A stretch of DNA of 64,000 nt from Ignavibacteriota bacterium. Its GTDB lineage: Bacteria; Bacteroidota; Ignavibacteria; UBA10030; UBA6906. The position numbers and the translations under genes are program-made. The notes under the pieces were generated by a model. The model saw only the letters and a program-made list of their open reading frames with translations. It made no database searches and was not told the DNA's origin. Position 1 is the first letter of the stretch. Each line of letters starts with the position of its first letter. Location of the stretch: the NCBI GenBank assembly GCA_963801355.1, contig CAWDEM010000008.1, forward strand, positions 352,001-416,000, in the 5' to 3' direction. Shown one piece after another: positions 8,882 to 19,345 of the stretch.

Positions 8882-11107
8882 ATGCGAAATACAATACTTT
8901 CATCTCTCGTGATGCTGGCTCTGCTCTCGGGCTGTGCTTCGTTCAAGGAGCTGGAGCCAGAACCGCCCCTCTCTCCCCAGGAGCGTGGTTTCATCGAACT
9001 CAAAAACGATCGGGATGTTTTCCAACTTGCCGAAGGCGAACGGTATTTCATACGTTTCCCGAGGCCCGTCCAGGACAACTACGCTCTTGTACTCCGGACC
9101 AGTGCGGCATGGTACATAAACGCGTACCTGACGCGCTCATTCGATGACGGCAGGGAGCCCATAGAGCTGATGAAGGACGAAGCGCCGATCACTGATTCCA
9201 CCAGTGTGTACTATGTCGATACCGCGAGTCCGACGTACTACTGGGTGATTGACACGGTGCGGCAGGACGTAGATCTCCGCATGGACTACCGCTATCTCCC
9301 CCGTTGGCGCTACACATTCGAGAAGAAGTACAAGGAGTTCAAGGCGGCGCTGGCCGATAACCGGGTCGACCGTTCGACCTACACCGGAACGGGCGCCGGT
9401 CCTTCCATACAGGCGGTTGATTACACCGATGAGCTGGCAGTTCTGAGACCCCGCATCGAGGTGTTGTTTGCGATGCAGGGTGAGCTGAAGGAAGTCGCCA
9501 AGTTGTTTCCCCCGGACATCGCCGCATCGAACGATTCCGCATATCTGAACTACAAATCGCTCCGTGCGGCGGTTGACGACGAGTTGCAGTTCCAGCAGAA
9601 CTACGCAAAAGCGCTCACCATATTCCAGAAGGAGAAGTTCTCCCGGAAGAGCACCGCTGAGTTCATGAAGGATGCCGGGGAATATCTCGAGTTTCTCACG
9701 CAGGGATCCCGCTACCCGGCCCCGTTGATGGCGCATGCACGGGAAGTTATCGGCAACCGTCTTGACGAGGCCGTGCCTTACTACGAGAAACAGCTGGCGG
9801 ACATGAAGGACAAGCCCGGTACGTTTAAACCGTCCATCGAAACCATCGAGAAGCTCTTCCGTGCCTGCGATCGTCCGGCCTCATCCGAATTCGCAACCCT
9901 GAGCGGCTTCGTGCGTCGATTCAATCTCGAATCGAACGCGCTCTCAAACGCCAAGGAACGACTGCGCGAAATGAACGCCGTCATCACCAAGACGACGTCT
10001 CCACCGGCGCTGGATTTCTACGGCAACATGGAAGTTTCCGCAGCCGATATCCGTTCCTCCCTTCCGCGATCCGAGGCGGTCTCCAATCCCCGCTACGGGA
10101 CGTCGCAGGCGGTGCAGACCATCAACCGTGAACTGGGAGAAGTGGCGACACAGGCCGACGACCTCAAGTCCATGTTTGCATCAGGGAAACAAATTGCCTC
10201 TGACATCGGCGCCCGGCTCTGGGAATCCGCTGAACGGAAGACCGCAGACCTCTTTTACGGGCGCGACGGGCGATCCTACGCTTCCGCTGCGCACCATCGT
10301 GACAAATTCGTCAAATGGTTCGAAGCGGATATTCTTAACGGTGTGAAAAGTGCGACCAAAGAGCGCCTGGATGCGTTTGTGAAATCCTCGATGGGATCAT
10401 ACACCAATGTCCCCGCGCTCTATGCGGATTCCGCATTCATGCCCGTCTATATGCTGGGCTTCAGTTCAGTCGGCGAGGGTGATCTGGCCCAGAAACGGGC
10501 CCAAATCGACAACTACATCACCCGTGTCCGCACCCTCGAGTTCCCGGAAGGGGCTATCCGCCTTCTCTACGCGGATTTCAACCGCGACATCAACGCAAAC
10601 GGTGTCGAACGTGCGCGCGCAATCGTCGAGCACGGCAAGATGTACAAGGGGAGCGACAAACAGATCGCCAGTATGCTGAACGAGTGTGATCCGATGATTG
10701 CCAAGTGGATTGTGCGTCCCAAGGAATACCGGCGGATTCTCGCATTCCCCGTGACGACAAACAAGCGCGGCGTGAATGAATACGTCTTCCGCATCAAGCT
10801 GCAGATCCCATCCGATGCGCAGTTCCCGGTGTTCGATGTGAACATCAAGTTGCCAAAGGAAATTGCGGAGGCCGCGAAAGGGGAGTCGTGGTACGACCGG
10901 ATCACGATCAACAAGAACCTCCTCAAAAATGAGGGGCGTTTCCGGATTACCGCGCCTCTGCCTGACAACAACTATGAGTCACAAATAACCCCTGTACAGA
11001 TGGACAAGGCCGGAAACAATATCCTCGAAGTGCGTTTCAGGAAGGCCTCATTCAAGGTGTACGAGATCAGCGCGATGGCGCAGGTACCGATTATGAAGAA
11101 GAACTGA
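8882..11107 (+). CDS. Large hypothetical lipoprotein (741 aa)
   Basis: Lipobox LLSG-C after MRNTILSSLVMLAL; long ORF; no family recognised. Confidence 0.85.
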   Translation: MRNTILSSLVMLALLSGCASFKELEPEPPLSPQERGFIELKNDRDVFQLAEGERYFIRFPRPVQDNYALVLRTSAAWYINAYLTRSFDDGREPIELMKDEAPITDSTSVYYVDTASPTYYWVIDTVRQDVDLRMDYRYLPRWRYTFEKKYKEFKAALADNRVDRSTYTGTGAGPSIQAVDYTDELAVLRPRIEVLFAMQGELKEVAKLFPPDIAASNDSAYLNYKSLRAAVDDELQFQQNYAKALTIFQKEKFSRKSTAEFMKDAGEYLEFLTQGSRYPAPLMAHAREVIGNRLDEAVPYYEKQLADMKDKPGTFKPSIETIEKLFRACDRPASSEFATLSGFVRRFNLESNALSNAKERLREMNAVITKTTSPPALDFYGNMEVSAADIRSSLPRSEAVSNPRYGTSQAVQTINRELGEVATQADDLKSMFASGKQIASDIGARLWESAERKTADLFYGRDGRSYASAAHHRDKFVKWFEADILNGVKSATKERLDAFVKSSMGSYTNVPALYADSAFMPVYMLGFSSVGEGDLAQKRAQIDNYITRVRTLEFPEGAIRLLYADFNRDINANGVERARAIVEHGKMYKGSDKQIASMLNECDPMIAKWIVRPKEYRRILAFPVTTNKRGVNEYVFRIKLQIPSDAQFPVFDVNIKLPKEIAEAAKGESWYDRITINKNLLKNEGRFRITAPLPDNNYESQITPVQMDKAGNNILEVRFRKASFKVYEISAMAQVPIMKKN

Positions 11108-11119
11108 GGGCCGGACACT

Positions 11120-12859
11120 ATGAAACGAAACACGATCTATATCTTGAGCGCGGTTGGTGTCGTTGTTGTCGGCGTTGTTCTGTACCTGCTGCTGCATCGC
11201 CCGGATCTGTCGGGCAGTATTGTTCTCCCCTACATTGCCCATCAGAAACCGGCGGTCGATCCGCACCTGCCCGGGACGACGCCTCTCTCTGACAAGCTGG
11301 ACGAGATCCTGTTTGAAGGGATATTCAATCTGTCGGCAAACCCGAGCGGTATCGTGTACGAAGACGGCCTCGGCGAGCTGGTAGGGGTCGACCAGGACAA
11401 TGTGGTTACCGTGCGCCTTAAGACAGGCCGGAAATGGCATGACAGTTACCAGGTCACTCCGAAGAACGACGACGAATACACCATTGCCCGCACGCGGGAG
11501 CATTTGTTCTCCGCAGCCGATCTCCAGTTCACCATCCGGCGCATCATGACGCTTGGAAGCCTTTCGCCCGACTACATCCTCCTGATTCAGGCGATGGAGG
11601 CACCGGGCTTCGAGGGGCCGAACGAACGGGGTGAAATCCAGTTCCGGTTCCGGAGCAACCGGATCTGGAAGGAGGCCGACATCAAGGAGACCCTCTCGTT
11701 CAAAGTGCTTCCCGAGGGTTCTCCGCTCAACGCACTCAACTACACCATCGGGACGACGCCGTACCTTGCACTCCCGCCCAAAGAAGGCGTCTCGAATTAC
11801 TACAAGACTCCCGACGGCGGGGCATCGATTCCGAGCGTCGTGCTGGCTTCGTTCATCGACAACAGCACATACACCACAGAAATGCGCAACGGATCGATCA
11901 ACGTGCTGCTCGAATCCCCGTTCGGCGCCGTGTCGCCGATCCTGGCCGACAGCGAAGACTTCTTTGCAAAATCCAATATCAGCACCGCCATGTTCGCCGT
12001 TCTCTTCAACACCCAGAAGCTTGACAGAGGTCAGCGTACCGAACTGCGAAAGCTCCTGGACCGGAAGCTCATTGAGGACCGGTTCTTCAAGGTCGGATCA
12101 CCCCAGCAGAGGCACATCAAAGACTACAAGGGGAATGTGGATAACTACGCTGACTATTTGAACCGGAGCGTGTTTCCGAACTCTTCCTATTACGTCGAAG
12201 AGCAGGTGGTCGAGCCCATAGGTGATTCAACCTCCGCCAACATCGCGGTCCTTCCCGACACGGTGCGTATCAAAGCCTGCACGAACTTCGGATTCCGCGA
12301 AGAGTTCACAGATCTGATCCAAATCCTGAACGATCCGACGGTCACGCGCGGGAGGGTGAAAGTGACGGCCGTCGGCAATGAAGAAATTCAGCGAGGGGAT
12401 TACGATGCCGTGCTGGTGGCGTTCACCGGATACCGGAGCAACTTCCTGCTGGACCTCTATGATGTTTTCCTCCGCTATCCCGACTTCCAGACGTACCGGA
12501 TTGCCCTGGAGACTTCAAAGGACAGCAAAGGTACCGAGGTTGCCGCACCGGAGTCATTCCGGAAAGGCTCGAATTTCTGCCAGCTGGACGCCGTGGCAGA
12601 GTCCCCCGACAAGGCCGACATCGCCCTGTTCCTGGACTATCTGTACGGGTTCATGTCGACCCGCAATATCGGCGACAAACAGGAATACGCCCGGCGTATC
12701 GATCAGCTCGAGCACAGTCTGGCGCTCGGCGGGTGGCTCTTCTCCGTGCCGTCGCTCGCGTACTTCAGCACCCAGTTCGACAGCACAAGCATTGACCTGT
12801 ACGGTGTCGCCTCGCAGCTCTCGACGATAAAGAGATGGCGGGAAGCTGCCGGCCGGTGA
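11120..12859 (+). CDS. Divergent family-5 (Opp/Dpp/Nik-like) ABC solute-binding protein with N-terminal membrane anchor
   Basis: DPH..LFEGIF..TVRLKTGRKWHD..FSAADLQFT resembles the SBP_bac_5 signature; N-terminal TM without lipobox. Confidence 0.7.
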   Translation: MKRNTIYILSAVGVVVVGVVLYLLLHRPDLSGSIVLPYIAHQKPAVDPHLPGTTPLSDKLDEILFEGIFNLSANPSGIVYEDGLGELVGVDQDNVVTVRLKTGRKWHDSYQVTPKNDDEYTIARTREHLFSAADLQFTIRRIMTLGSLSPDYILLIQAMEAPGFEGPNERGEIQFRFRSNRIWKEADIKETLSFKVLPEGSPLNALNYTIGTTPYLALPPKEGVSNYYKTPDGGASIPSVVLASFIDNSTYTTEMRNGSINVLLESPFGAVSPILADSEDFFAKSNISTAMFAVLFNTQKLDRGQRTELRKLLDRKLIEDRFFKVGSPQQRHIKDYKGNVDNYADYLNRSVFPNSSYYVEEQVVEPIGDSTSANIAVLPDTVRIKACTNFGFREEFTDLIQILNDPTVTRGRVKVTAVGNEEIQRGDYDAVLVAFTGYRSNFLLDLYDVFLRYPDFQTYRIALETSKDSKGTEVAAPESFRKGSNFCQLDAVAESPDKADIALFLDYLYGFMSTRNIGDKQEYARRIDQLEHSLALGGWLFSVPSLAYFSTQFDSTSIDLYGVASQLSTIKRWREAAGR

Positions 12860-13737
12860 TCGGGCTACTTCAACGGCGAAGGCCCGCGTTTCTCATCGCG
12901 GGCCTTCTTTTCTTTGCGGGCGTTACGCTGCAGGCGGAGGAGAGGCGGACCGTTCTCCTGGTAGACCGTCCCGACCGCTTCGTGCTCTTCAACAAGTATC
13001 AACAACGCCTGACGACCGGTGAATACAGGGCATTCCCAGCGATCGTGCCCATGGTGGTCATTCGTGAAAACGACAGGCTCGGTGACGGGCTCACGCCATG
13101 CGCCGCTGTGGAAATCGACGGCACGATGTTCTATCTCCAGAAAGACCAGTCCGGGGCCTTCGTCCGGCGCGCCGGCGGAGGATCGATCACGTTTGTCCGG
13201 GGAGCGCTCATGCTGGGGGATACCGTAGCCCTTCTTCAGGGCAGGGCTCTCCAGATGAAAGGTGCAGGCGACGAACGGGATGTGACAGTTGCTTCCGGCT
13301 CACGTGCAGCGAGGCTCTTCGAGGCCGATGGACGCACGTTCGTGCGGCTACTGCCATCCGGAACGCCCGCCGGCTGGCTGGTGCTGCCATCCGCAACGCG
13401 CTTGGAGGAATGGAAGACCGTGGAGTCTTCGAACGCGCAGAACGAGTCGGCTGAGCGTGTCGGGCGCAGGCTCTCACCGATCGTTGCTGATGCCAATCGG
13501 ACCCTGCAGTCCGTGTACCGGCATCTGGCCGCAGAAGCGGGGGAGGACAAAAGACCACCCGCGTTCCGTCTTCGCGAAGCCGATAACGAGATCCGCTGCA
13601 CCATCGAGCCGCAATCGCTCAGCAGTGCGTTTGCCGGGAGCCTGAGGGAACTCCTCCCGGAATTTGAACGCGCGCTCCGTGGAACAGGACTTCGCCCGTC
13701 ACTCGAGGGAGGTGTAATTGTCGTCCCCCTCCGGTGA
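12856..13737 (+). CDS. Hypothetical exported protein
   Basis: GTGA overlap with the preceding stop; hydrophobic signal AFLIAGLLFFAGVTLQA. Confidence 0.7.
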   Translation: MIGLLQRRRPAFLIAGLLFFAGVTLQAEERRTVLLVDRPDRFVLFNKYQQRLTTGEYRAFPAIVPMVVIRENDRLGDGLTPCAAVEIDGTMFYLQKDQSGAFVRRAGGGSITFVRGALMLGDTVALLQGRALQMKGAGDERDVTVASGSRAARLFEADGRTFVRLLPSGTPAGWLVLPSATRLEEWKTVESSNAQNESAERVGRRLSPIVADANRTLQSVYRHLAAEAGEDKRPPAFRLREADNEIRCTIEPQSLSSAFAGSLRELLPEFERALRGTGLRPSLEGGVIVVPLR

Positions 13738-14860
13738 TCCCGCCATCCGGCCGCTCCGCCGCATTATTCTGGAACACCTTTCTGCCGTGTTCGTGGTCGG
13801 CATAGTGCTGTTCTTTCTCGCCATCGTGCTGATGCAGAGTCAACGGGAAGCGGAACGGCTCCCGGACGCGCGGCTGTCGCAGTATCTGGGCATAAGTGAG
13901 CTCGATTGGAGCCGTGCGCTCCATAAGGAATTGTTCCGCGATTCCTACCGGTTGCTGCATCCCGGCAGCGAGGAGTCCGTGGATTCCCTCATGCGCGCAA
14001 TTGAGGAGGCGCGTATCATAGAGCTGACCGACCCGTCGCGCAAGGTGGGAGGCGGGCGAAAAACCCTGACATGGGGCACCACCGCCGGCCTGCTCCCGAT
14101 GTACGCGGTCTTTGTCTTTGTGTTCCTCACTGTGCTGTTGCTTACGTATGCGGTGGCGCGGGCAATGGCCATCCGGAAGTTTATCCTCGCCAAACAGGGA
14201 CGTTCCTCCTACCTGTGGCGCTATGTGGTCGCCGTACGAACGGGAGGGGCACTGGCGGCCGTCCTGCGGATAGGTTTGCTTGTGAAGGCCGCGGCGCTGG
14301 GTATTGCGGCGCTTGTGCTCTTCTCACCGGCGTACGTCGTTGCCTACTCACTGCGCACACGGCTGGACACAGAGAACGTGTTGTTCCTCATACTTCTTGC
14401 TGTCGTTACCAACGGTGTCCTCGTGCACTATGCAAGCCGTCTGTATGCGTTGCTGGTGACGGAGAGCCGGAAAGGTTACGTCGACACGGCCCTGGTCAAA
14501 GGCGTCCGGGGGAGTTATGAATGGCATCGCAGCGGCGGCCTCCCGCGTACAGTAATTTTCACCCCACTGTCCATTGCGAAAGGGCATGTCTTCCACGAAA
14601 TCTACAGGAATGCACGACTCCAATTCATACCCTCGATGAAAGAGCATGTGACATTCATCGTGACCGGACTCGTCATTATTGAGATGGCGCTCAACATCAA
14701 GGGGCATCTCTGCTATGCACTTCTGCAGCACATGCTGTTCCGGGAATACGACATCGCCATTGCCATTGTGTTTCTGATTTTCGTCGCCGTCAAAGTCGTT
14801 GAAGCATGCATTGATATCTGGCACTCCTTTGAGCTCCGGAAATACGACAATGAAGCGTGA
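13718..14860 (+). CDS. Divergent ABC permease (OppB-like)
   Basis: GGAGGT before TTG; multiple TMs; EAA-like ESRKGYVDTALVKG; VIIEMALNIKG..REYD. Confidence 0.75.
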   Translation: MSSPSGDPAIRPLRRIILEHLSAVFVVGIVLFFLAIVLMQSQREAERLPDARLSQYLGISELDWSRALHKELFRDSYRLLHPGSEESVDSLMRAIEEARIIELTDPSRKVGGGRKTLTWGTTAGLLPMYAVFVFVFLTVLLLTYAVARAMAIRKFILAKQGRSSYLWRYVVAVRTGGALAAVLRIGLLVKAAALGIAALVLFSPAYVVAYSLRTRLDTENVLFLILLAVVTNGVLVHYASRLYALLVTESRKGYVDTALVKGVRGSYEWHRSGGLPRTVIFTPLSIAKGHVFHEIYRNARLQFIPSMKEHVTFIVTGLVIIEMALNIKGHLCYALLQHMLFREYDIAIAIVFLIFVAVKVVEACIDIWHSFELRKYDNEA

Positions 14861-15698
14861 GGAGAGAAAAGACATACGCTGGGCTCTGCTCTGGGCGGGG
14901 GGGCTGTTCGTCGTGGGTGTGTGGCTTCTGCTCTTTCTGAACACACCGGCGCGGGTGCGGATCCAGACCGCTTTTTTGAATACACTGTTTGGGGCCCTTG
15001 TGGCCGTCATCGTCGCGTTGTTTCTCGGCTGGGGGACTGCGTTGGGTCTGCACGCACTTGAGAGAGGAGGGAAACGCGTTGCGTACCTGGCCGGAACCTT
15101 TGTGCTAAACCTTTTCCGCTCCATACCTCAAATGGTGGGAATGCTGGTCGGCTACGCTATTATTACGACGCTCATCCTCCGCGGAAATCTCCCCTCTCCG
15201 CTTGTGCAGATCCTCTTCACGTCGCTGATTACGGCGCTCTTTGTCTTCCAGGAAGTCGTGGACCTGATCCGCGATCGCGTGAGGCATTACGAACAGCTGG
15301 AGTTTGTGAATGCGCTGCTGGTGTGCGGCGTCCCACCGAGGGTCATCATCAACAGGGAGATATTGCTCAAAAACAGTCTCGCGCATCTGATCCAGAAATC
15401 CGTCTCGCTCTTCGGCCGCGCGATCTTCCTCATCTGCAGCATCGATTTCATCATCTCCGTCGGACTCTCCACGGAGGTGAATCTGGTCAATCTTCCCACA
15501 ACCCTCGGCAGCATGCTTGCGAACCTGGACAGCAAGCAGGATATTCTTGTAATCGGAAGCGTTTTTACGGATCCCGGAATGTTCGGGTCGCTTTTCTTCG
15601 AACATCTCCAGGGCGTAAGTGTTGCATTCCTCATTGTGTATTCCCTGCTCTGCATCCACCGGATGGCCGGCGGCATCATGGAGCGCTACCGCTTATGA
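14850..15698 (+). CDS. Divergent ABC permease (OppC-like)
   Basis: NLFRSIP, EAA-like EFVNALLVCGV, TLGSML; multiple TMs. Confidence 0.75.
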   Translation: MKREERKDIRWALLWAGGLFVVGVWLLLFLNTPARVRIQTAFLNTLFGALVAVIVALFLGWGTALGLHALERGGKRVAYLAGTFVLNLFRSIPQMVGMLVGYAIITTLILRGNLPSPLVQILFTSLITALFVFQEVVDLIRDRVRHYEQLEFVNALLVCGVPPRVIINREILLKNSLAHLIQKSVSLFGRAIFLICSIDFIISVGLSTEVNLVNLPTTLGSMLANLDSKQDILVIGSVFTDPGMFGSLFFEHLQGVSVAFLIVYSLLCIHRMAGGIMERYRL

Positions 15699-17179
15699 AC
15701 GGACGACGCTTCGACATACTCGTGAAGGTGAGTGACCGCGTGCTCGTGGACGCGCGGAGTGTGCCTCTGGTGAAGAACGGCATCACGTTAATGTTCGGCG
15801 AGTCGGGGATAGGGAAGTCGCTGGCGGGGAAGGCGTTGTTCGGCCTGCTGGGCGAGGACGAGTACAGCGTCGTGATCAATGGTGAGACCTACCGTGATTA
15901 TTGCGCACGGCCCGAAATCGCATCTGCCAGGCAGAACGGTTTCTTCATGTTTCAGGAGCCGTCGTCGCATCTCAACCCGCTTCAGACGGTAGAGGAGCAG
16001 TTATGCGAAGGCACGCTCGCGGAGGCGCATGATCCCATCGCTCCCGTGCGCGAACTGTGGAAGGCGGACGACAGTGAGACGCTGACGGGCATCCTGCCGG
16101 TCTTTCCAAAGCCTTACCGTCCGAGCGGCGGTGAAAAACAGCGACTTCTGGGAGGGATGGCGTTCGCAAAGATGGATGCCGGGGCTGAACAGGAACTGGC
16201 CGACCACGGGCTGTTCGTTTTTGATGAACCTACCGGAAGTCTGGACAGGGAGGCCCGTGACCGTTTTCTTGACCGGCTGTTCGCGCGGTACCGCCGGCGC
16301 AAGGAAACGATCCTTCTGATCACGCATGATTACGGCATTATTGGATACGTCCAGGCGTTTCACGGGGACCTCTTTCCTCCTACGACCTTCTGTGAATTGC
16401 AGCTTGTCGGAGGTATTGCGCAGGCCCGGGCATTCGAGCCGCAGCTTTTCATAGAGTGGCTCCGGAACCAGCGTCCGCAGGAAGTGCCGGTAGTTCTGAG
16501 ACCTCTGTTGCGCGTCAAGAGCGGAGTCAGGATCTTTGGCAGGACACTGAACTTTTCCACGCCCGGACGCGATCGTGAAGATACGGATCTCGTCGTGAAC
16601 GCGGGAGAACTCGTCTATCTCAAGGCGGCCAGCGGTGTCGGAAAGACGACTGTTGCGAAGATCGTGATCGGGTTGCAGCGTGCGGAACAGGTGGGCATGG
16701 AGTTCGATGGTGAGGAATTCAGCGAGACGACGCCCTTCCGGCGATGGCAGAGGATATTGTGGGGAAAGGGAATGACCATGGCATTCCAGCACGCGGACGA
16801 GGCGTTGAATCCGCACGCAAGTGTCGAGGAAACGCTCCGCTTGCTGCCGGTTCCCGCACTGCGGAGCGGCGAAGCTGTGGTGGAAGTGCTGGGAAGGCTT
16901 TTTGATGCGGAAGAGATACCCCGGTTACGGGGCCGCAAGGTGTGGCAGTTGAGCGGGGGTCAGAAGCAGAGGCTGAATCTTCTGCGCGCGTTTGCCCTTT
17001 CCACGCCGCTCATCATCCTTGATGAACCACTGAGCGCGCTCGATTTCGAAAGCATCGATCGCGTACTGGCGTTGATGCGTGAGGCTCAGCGGCGCGGACA
17101 GGCGATTCTGCTGATCTCGCACAACGAGGATATCTTTGACGCAGTGGTGCCATCGGGGAGCGTGTACCTGCTCCGCTGA
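15695..17179 (+). CDS. ABC ATP-binding protein with two fused NBDs
   Basis: GESGIGKS, SGGEKQR, FVFDEPT, ITHD; second NBD AASGVGKT, LSGGQKQR, IILDEP, ISHN; ATGA overlap. Confidence 0.9.
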   Translation: MNGRRFDILVKVSDRVLVDARSVPLVKNGITLMFGESGIGKSLAGKALFGLLGEDEYSVVINGETYRDYCARPEIASARQNGFFMFQEPSSHLNPLQTVEEQLCEGTLAEAHDPIAPVRELWKADDSETLTGILPVFPKPYRPSGGEKQRLLGGMAFAKMDAGAEQELADHGLFVFDEPTGSLDREARDRFLDRLFARYRRRKETILLITHDYGIIGYVQAFHGDLFPPTTFCELQLVGGIAQARAFEPQLFIEWLRNQRPQEVPVVLRPLLRVKSGVRIFGRTLNFSTPGRDREDTDLVVNAGELVYLKAASGVGKTTVAKIVIGLQRAEQVGMEFDGEEFSETTPFRRWQRILWGKGMTMAFQHADEALNPHASVEETLRLLPVPALRSGEAVVEVLGRLFDAEEIPRLRGRKVWQLSGGQKQRLNLLRAFALSTPLIILDEPLSALDFESIDRVLALMREAQRRGQAILLISHNEDIFDAVVPSGSVYLLR

Positions 17180-17194
17180 CCGGCTGATCCGGAA

Positions 17195-17818
17195 TTACTT
17201 CCCCCGGAATTCCGTGTCGATGATAGTGATCTCTCCAGGGTAGGTCAGGGGACCGAAATCGGTCTTGATTGTTGGAGTGGCACGGAGCGCGACCCGGCTC
17301 GCGGAACCCTGTGATCCTCCGAGCGCGAGTGCGAGGTTGAGGATCTTGTCGTACCCCTTGTCCTTGAAGAACTTCAGAAGATCAAGGTTCATCCTGAGGG
17401 GGATGATTGTCTGTTGACCGGTACCCGGGATCGTGATTGGTTCGGCGATATCGCCGGATATCGTCGGAGTATCATCGATGAGCAGCTTCCAGGCGAAACT
17501 GGTCATAGTCGCGGCTGACTTGCTTGTCCCTCCCGTTCCGTCATTTGGATTGAGCGCTGCGACGTTGAGTGTGAATGTCGCAGGCAGCTCTCCCCGTGAA
17601 AAGCTGGCTACAACTCTTGCCGCATCGACAACTCCCAGACTCGTCTTCCCCGTCAGCGACACACCTGCCAGTTGAAAGTTGCCTATGCCGTCCAGTTTGA
17701 AGGAACATCTGGTAAGATTGGTCATCACATTCGCCATGTCCTGGAGGACACTGCAGGATGGTACAAGCAGGGCGAGCAACACACAGATGGGCAATGCGGT
17801 TCTGGTGAGGAGTTTCAT
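17195..17818 (-). CDS. LEA_2/WHy-like lipoprotein
   Basis: Lipobox LVPS-C; LNVAALNPN..FAWKLLIDD beta pattern. Confidence 0.65.
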   Translation of the reverse strand: MKLLTRTALPICVLLALLVPSCSVLQDMANVMTNLTRCSFKLDGIGNFQLAGVSLTGKTSLGVVDAARVVASFSRGELPATFTLNVAALNPNDGTGGTSKSAATMTSFAWKLLIDDTPTISGDIAEPITIPGTGQQTIIPLRMNLDLLKFFKDKGYDKILNLALALGGSQGSASRVALRATPTIKTDFGPLTYPGEITIIDTEFRGK

Positions 17819-17839
17819 GGTAGTATCCTTCCCTTGCTG

Positions 17840-19075
17840 TTAGCGAGTCATCCTCGCGGTGACATCTTTCGCTGCATCCTTGTGCATCATTGCAGCGAGC
17901 ATCTTCAGTTTAACGTAATCTTCGTGAAAGAAATAGTAACCCGGGTGGCTGTTGTTGCGTGCGCCGCTTCCGGAGTCTTTTATGAGGAACCAGTCTTTCT
18001 CCTGGTCCGGCAGAAATCCGACGATGTGGATCACGTGATCGTCGCCTGTCGTGCCGTTCCGGAACCGGAAATTACGGGCAGAGTCGTCGATGTACGCCGA
18101 TGGGATATCGAACGTCGGCACAATAGCCACTCCCGCGTGACCTTCCAGGCCGGGCTCCGATGTGTCGCCCCCGATCGCAACCGAGAATCCCTTCCGGACA
18201 GCATTCTTTATCGTCGATATGAACAGGTCCAGCGGGACGTTGCAGTAATCCTTGTCGTGCCACCAGTTGTCGGGTACCTCAAGTTCCACCCGGGTGAAGT
18301 ACGGCTTTTCCAGGAATGATACGACATTGACATAGTCGTCCGGATTGATGCGCACCACATTTTCAAAATACTCGCGCGGCGTCATCGACTTCCCGTCAGC
18401 GGATACACGCTCCGGCGGCATACCGATGTGGTGATTCATGATTGCGCGGATGGTAGACACGACTGCATCTTCATCCCACGCACCGTCCTCTTTCACAGTC
18501 TTCAGGTAGTGCTGCATTTCAGCAAACATCGGATCGTGGTCGTGAACGGGCCGGTCTCCAACGAGCCCGGTGTACGCTTCCGCCGGCACTATGCCGTAGT
18601 TCTTCCAGATTCGCAGTACTGCATTGGCTTCTGAGCCCTGTCCGAACGCGGAATTGCCCCGCTCCTGTACGAACCGTCTGGCCTTTTCGACATACTCCCA
18701 ATAGACAGTGAAGACCTCGGAGAGCTTGATCTTCCGTCCGGTTTGCCGGGCGATCTCGGATTCGAAGAAAGAAGTCCCCGAAAAACACCAGCACATGCCG
18801 GAAAAGGCCTGGGAGACCGGAGAGAAATGCCAGGACTGGGTGAACTCCGACGTGCTCGAGGGATGCCGCAGCATGGAGAAGTCCACGCCCAGCTTTCTGG
18901 TCGTCTCTTTTGGCGTCTTCTGGAAACGGGGATTAAGGGATTTCAGAGAATCGAAGAATTCATTCTTCGGGACGACCATTATCGCTTTGTCGCGTCTGGC
19001 ATCCTGTGCAAAGGCAGGAATGACAAAGAGCGTGACAAAAATTGCCACGAGTGCGGATATGCACGATGTTTTCAT
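17840..19075 (-). CDS. Exported C1-family cysteine aminopeptidase (PepC/bleomycin hydrolase-like)
   Basis: Signal peptide; QAFSGMCWCFS catalytic Cys; DDHVIHIVG; LEVPDNW; IKDS. Confidence 0.85.
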   Translation of the reverse strand: MKTSCISALVAIFVTLFVIPAFAQDARRDKAIMVVPKNEFFDSLKSLNPRFQKTPKETTRKLGVDFSMLRHPSSTSEFTQSWHFSPVSQAFSGMCWCFSGTSFFESEIARQTGRKIKLSEVFTVYWEYVEKARRFVQERGNSAFGQGSEANAVLRIWKNYGIVPAEAYTGLVGDRPVHDHDPMFAEMQHYLKTVKEDGAWDEDAVVSTIRAIMNHHIGMPPERVSADGKSMTPREYFENVVRINPDDYVNVVSFLEKPYFTRVELEVPDNWWHDKDYCNVPLDLFISTIKNAVRKGFSVAIGGDTSEPGLEGHAGVAIVPTFDIPSAYIDDSARNFRFRNGTTGDDHVIHIVGFLPDQEKDWFLIKDSGSGARNNSHPGYYFFHEDYVKLKMLAAMMHKDAAKDVTARMTR

Positions 19076-19233
19076 GGGGAGACCGTTGACGATGGAGGAG
19101 TGTTCGGTTTGTATACCGTCTGGGCTAGCGTCAAAGACGGAAATCAGGGGGAAAGAGTCAACCTCATACTCAAATGCCTGTCCAAATGCCTCTGCTCAAA
19201 TGCCTGCCCAAAGCTTGCTTGCCAGCTAGCTAG

Positions 19234-19262
19234 TTGACAAAGCGCTTCAGCGCGAGTATATT
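19234..19262 (+). promoter_or_regulatory. Consensus sigma70 promoter
   Basis: TTGACA-17 nt-TATATT. Confidence 0.75.
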
Positions 19263-19345
19263 GCTGCGTCATGGGGGCACATGAGGGACCATCAAGACCT
19301 CACGAATGGTGTCTGTCTTTGTTGTCCACATCAAAAGGAGCGACG

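Noticed and set aside
15323-15694. N-terminal extension of the ABC ATPase in the ORF track (also extensions at 4871-5206, 35697-36086, 57231-57632, 63215-63496)
   Set aside because: They overlap other genes and lack domain content; downstream ATGs give translational coupling or signal peptides.
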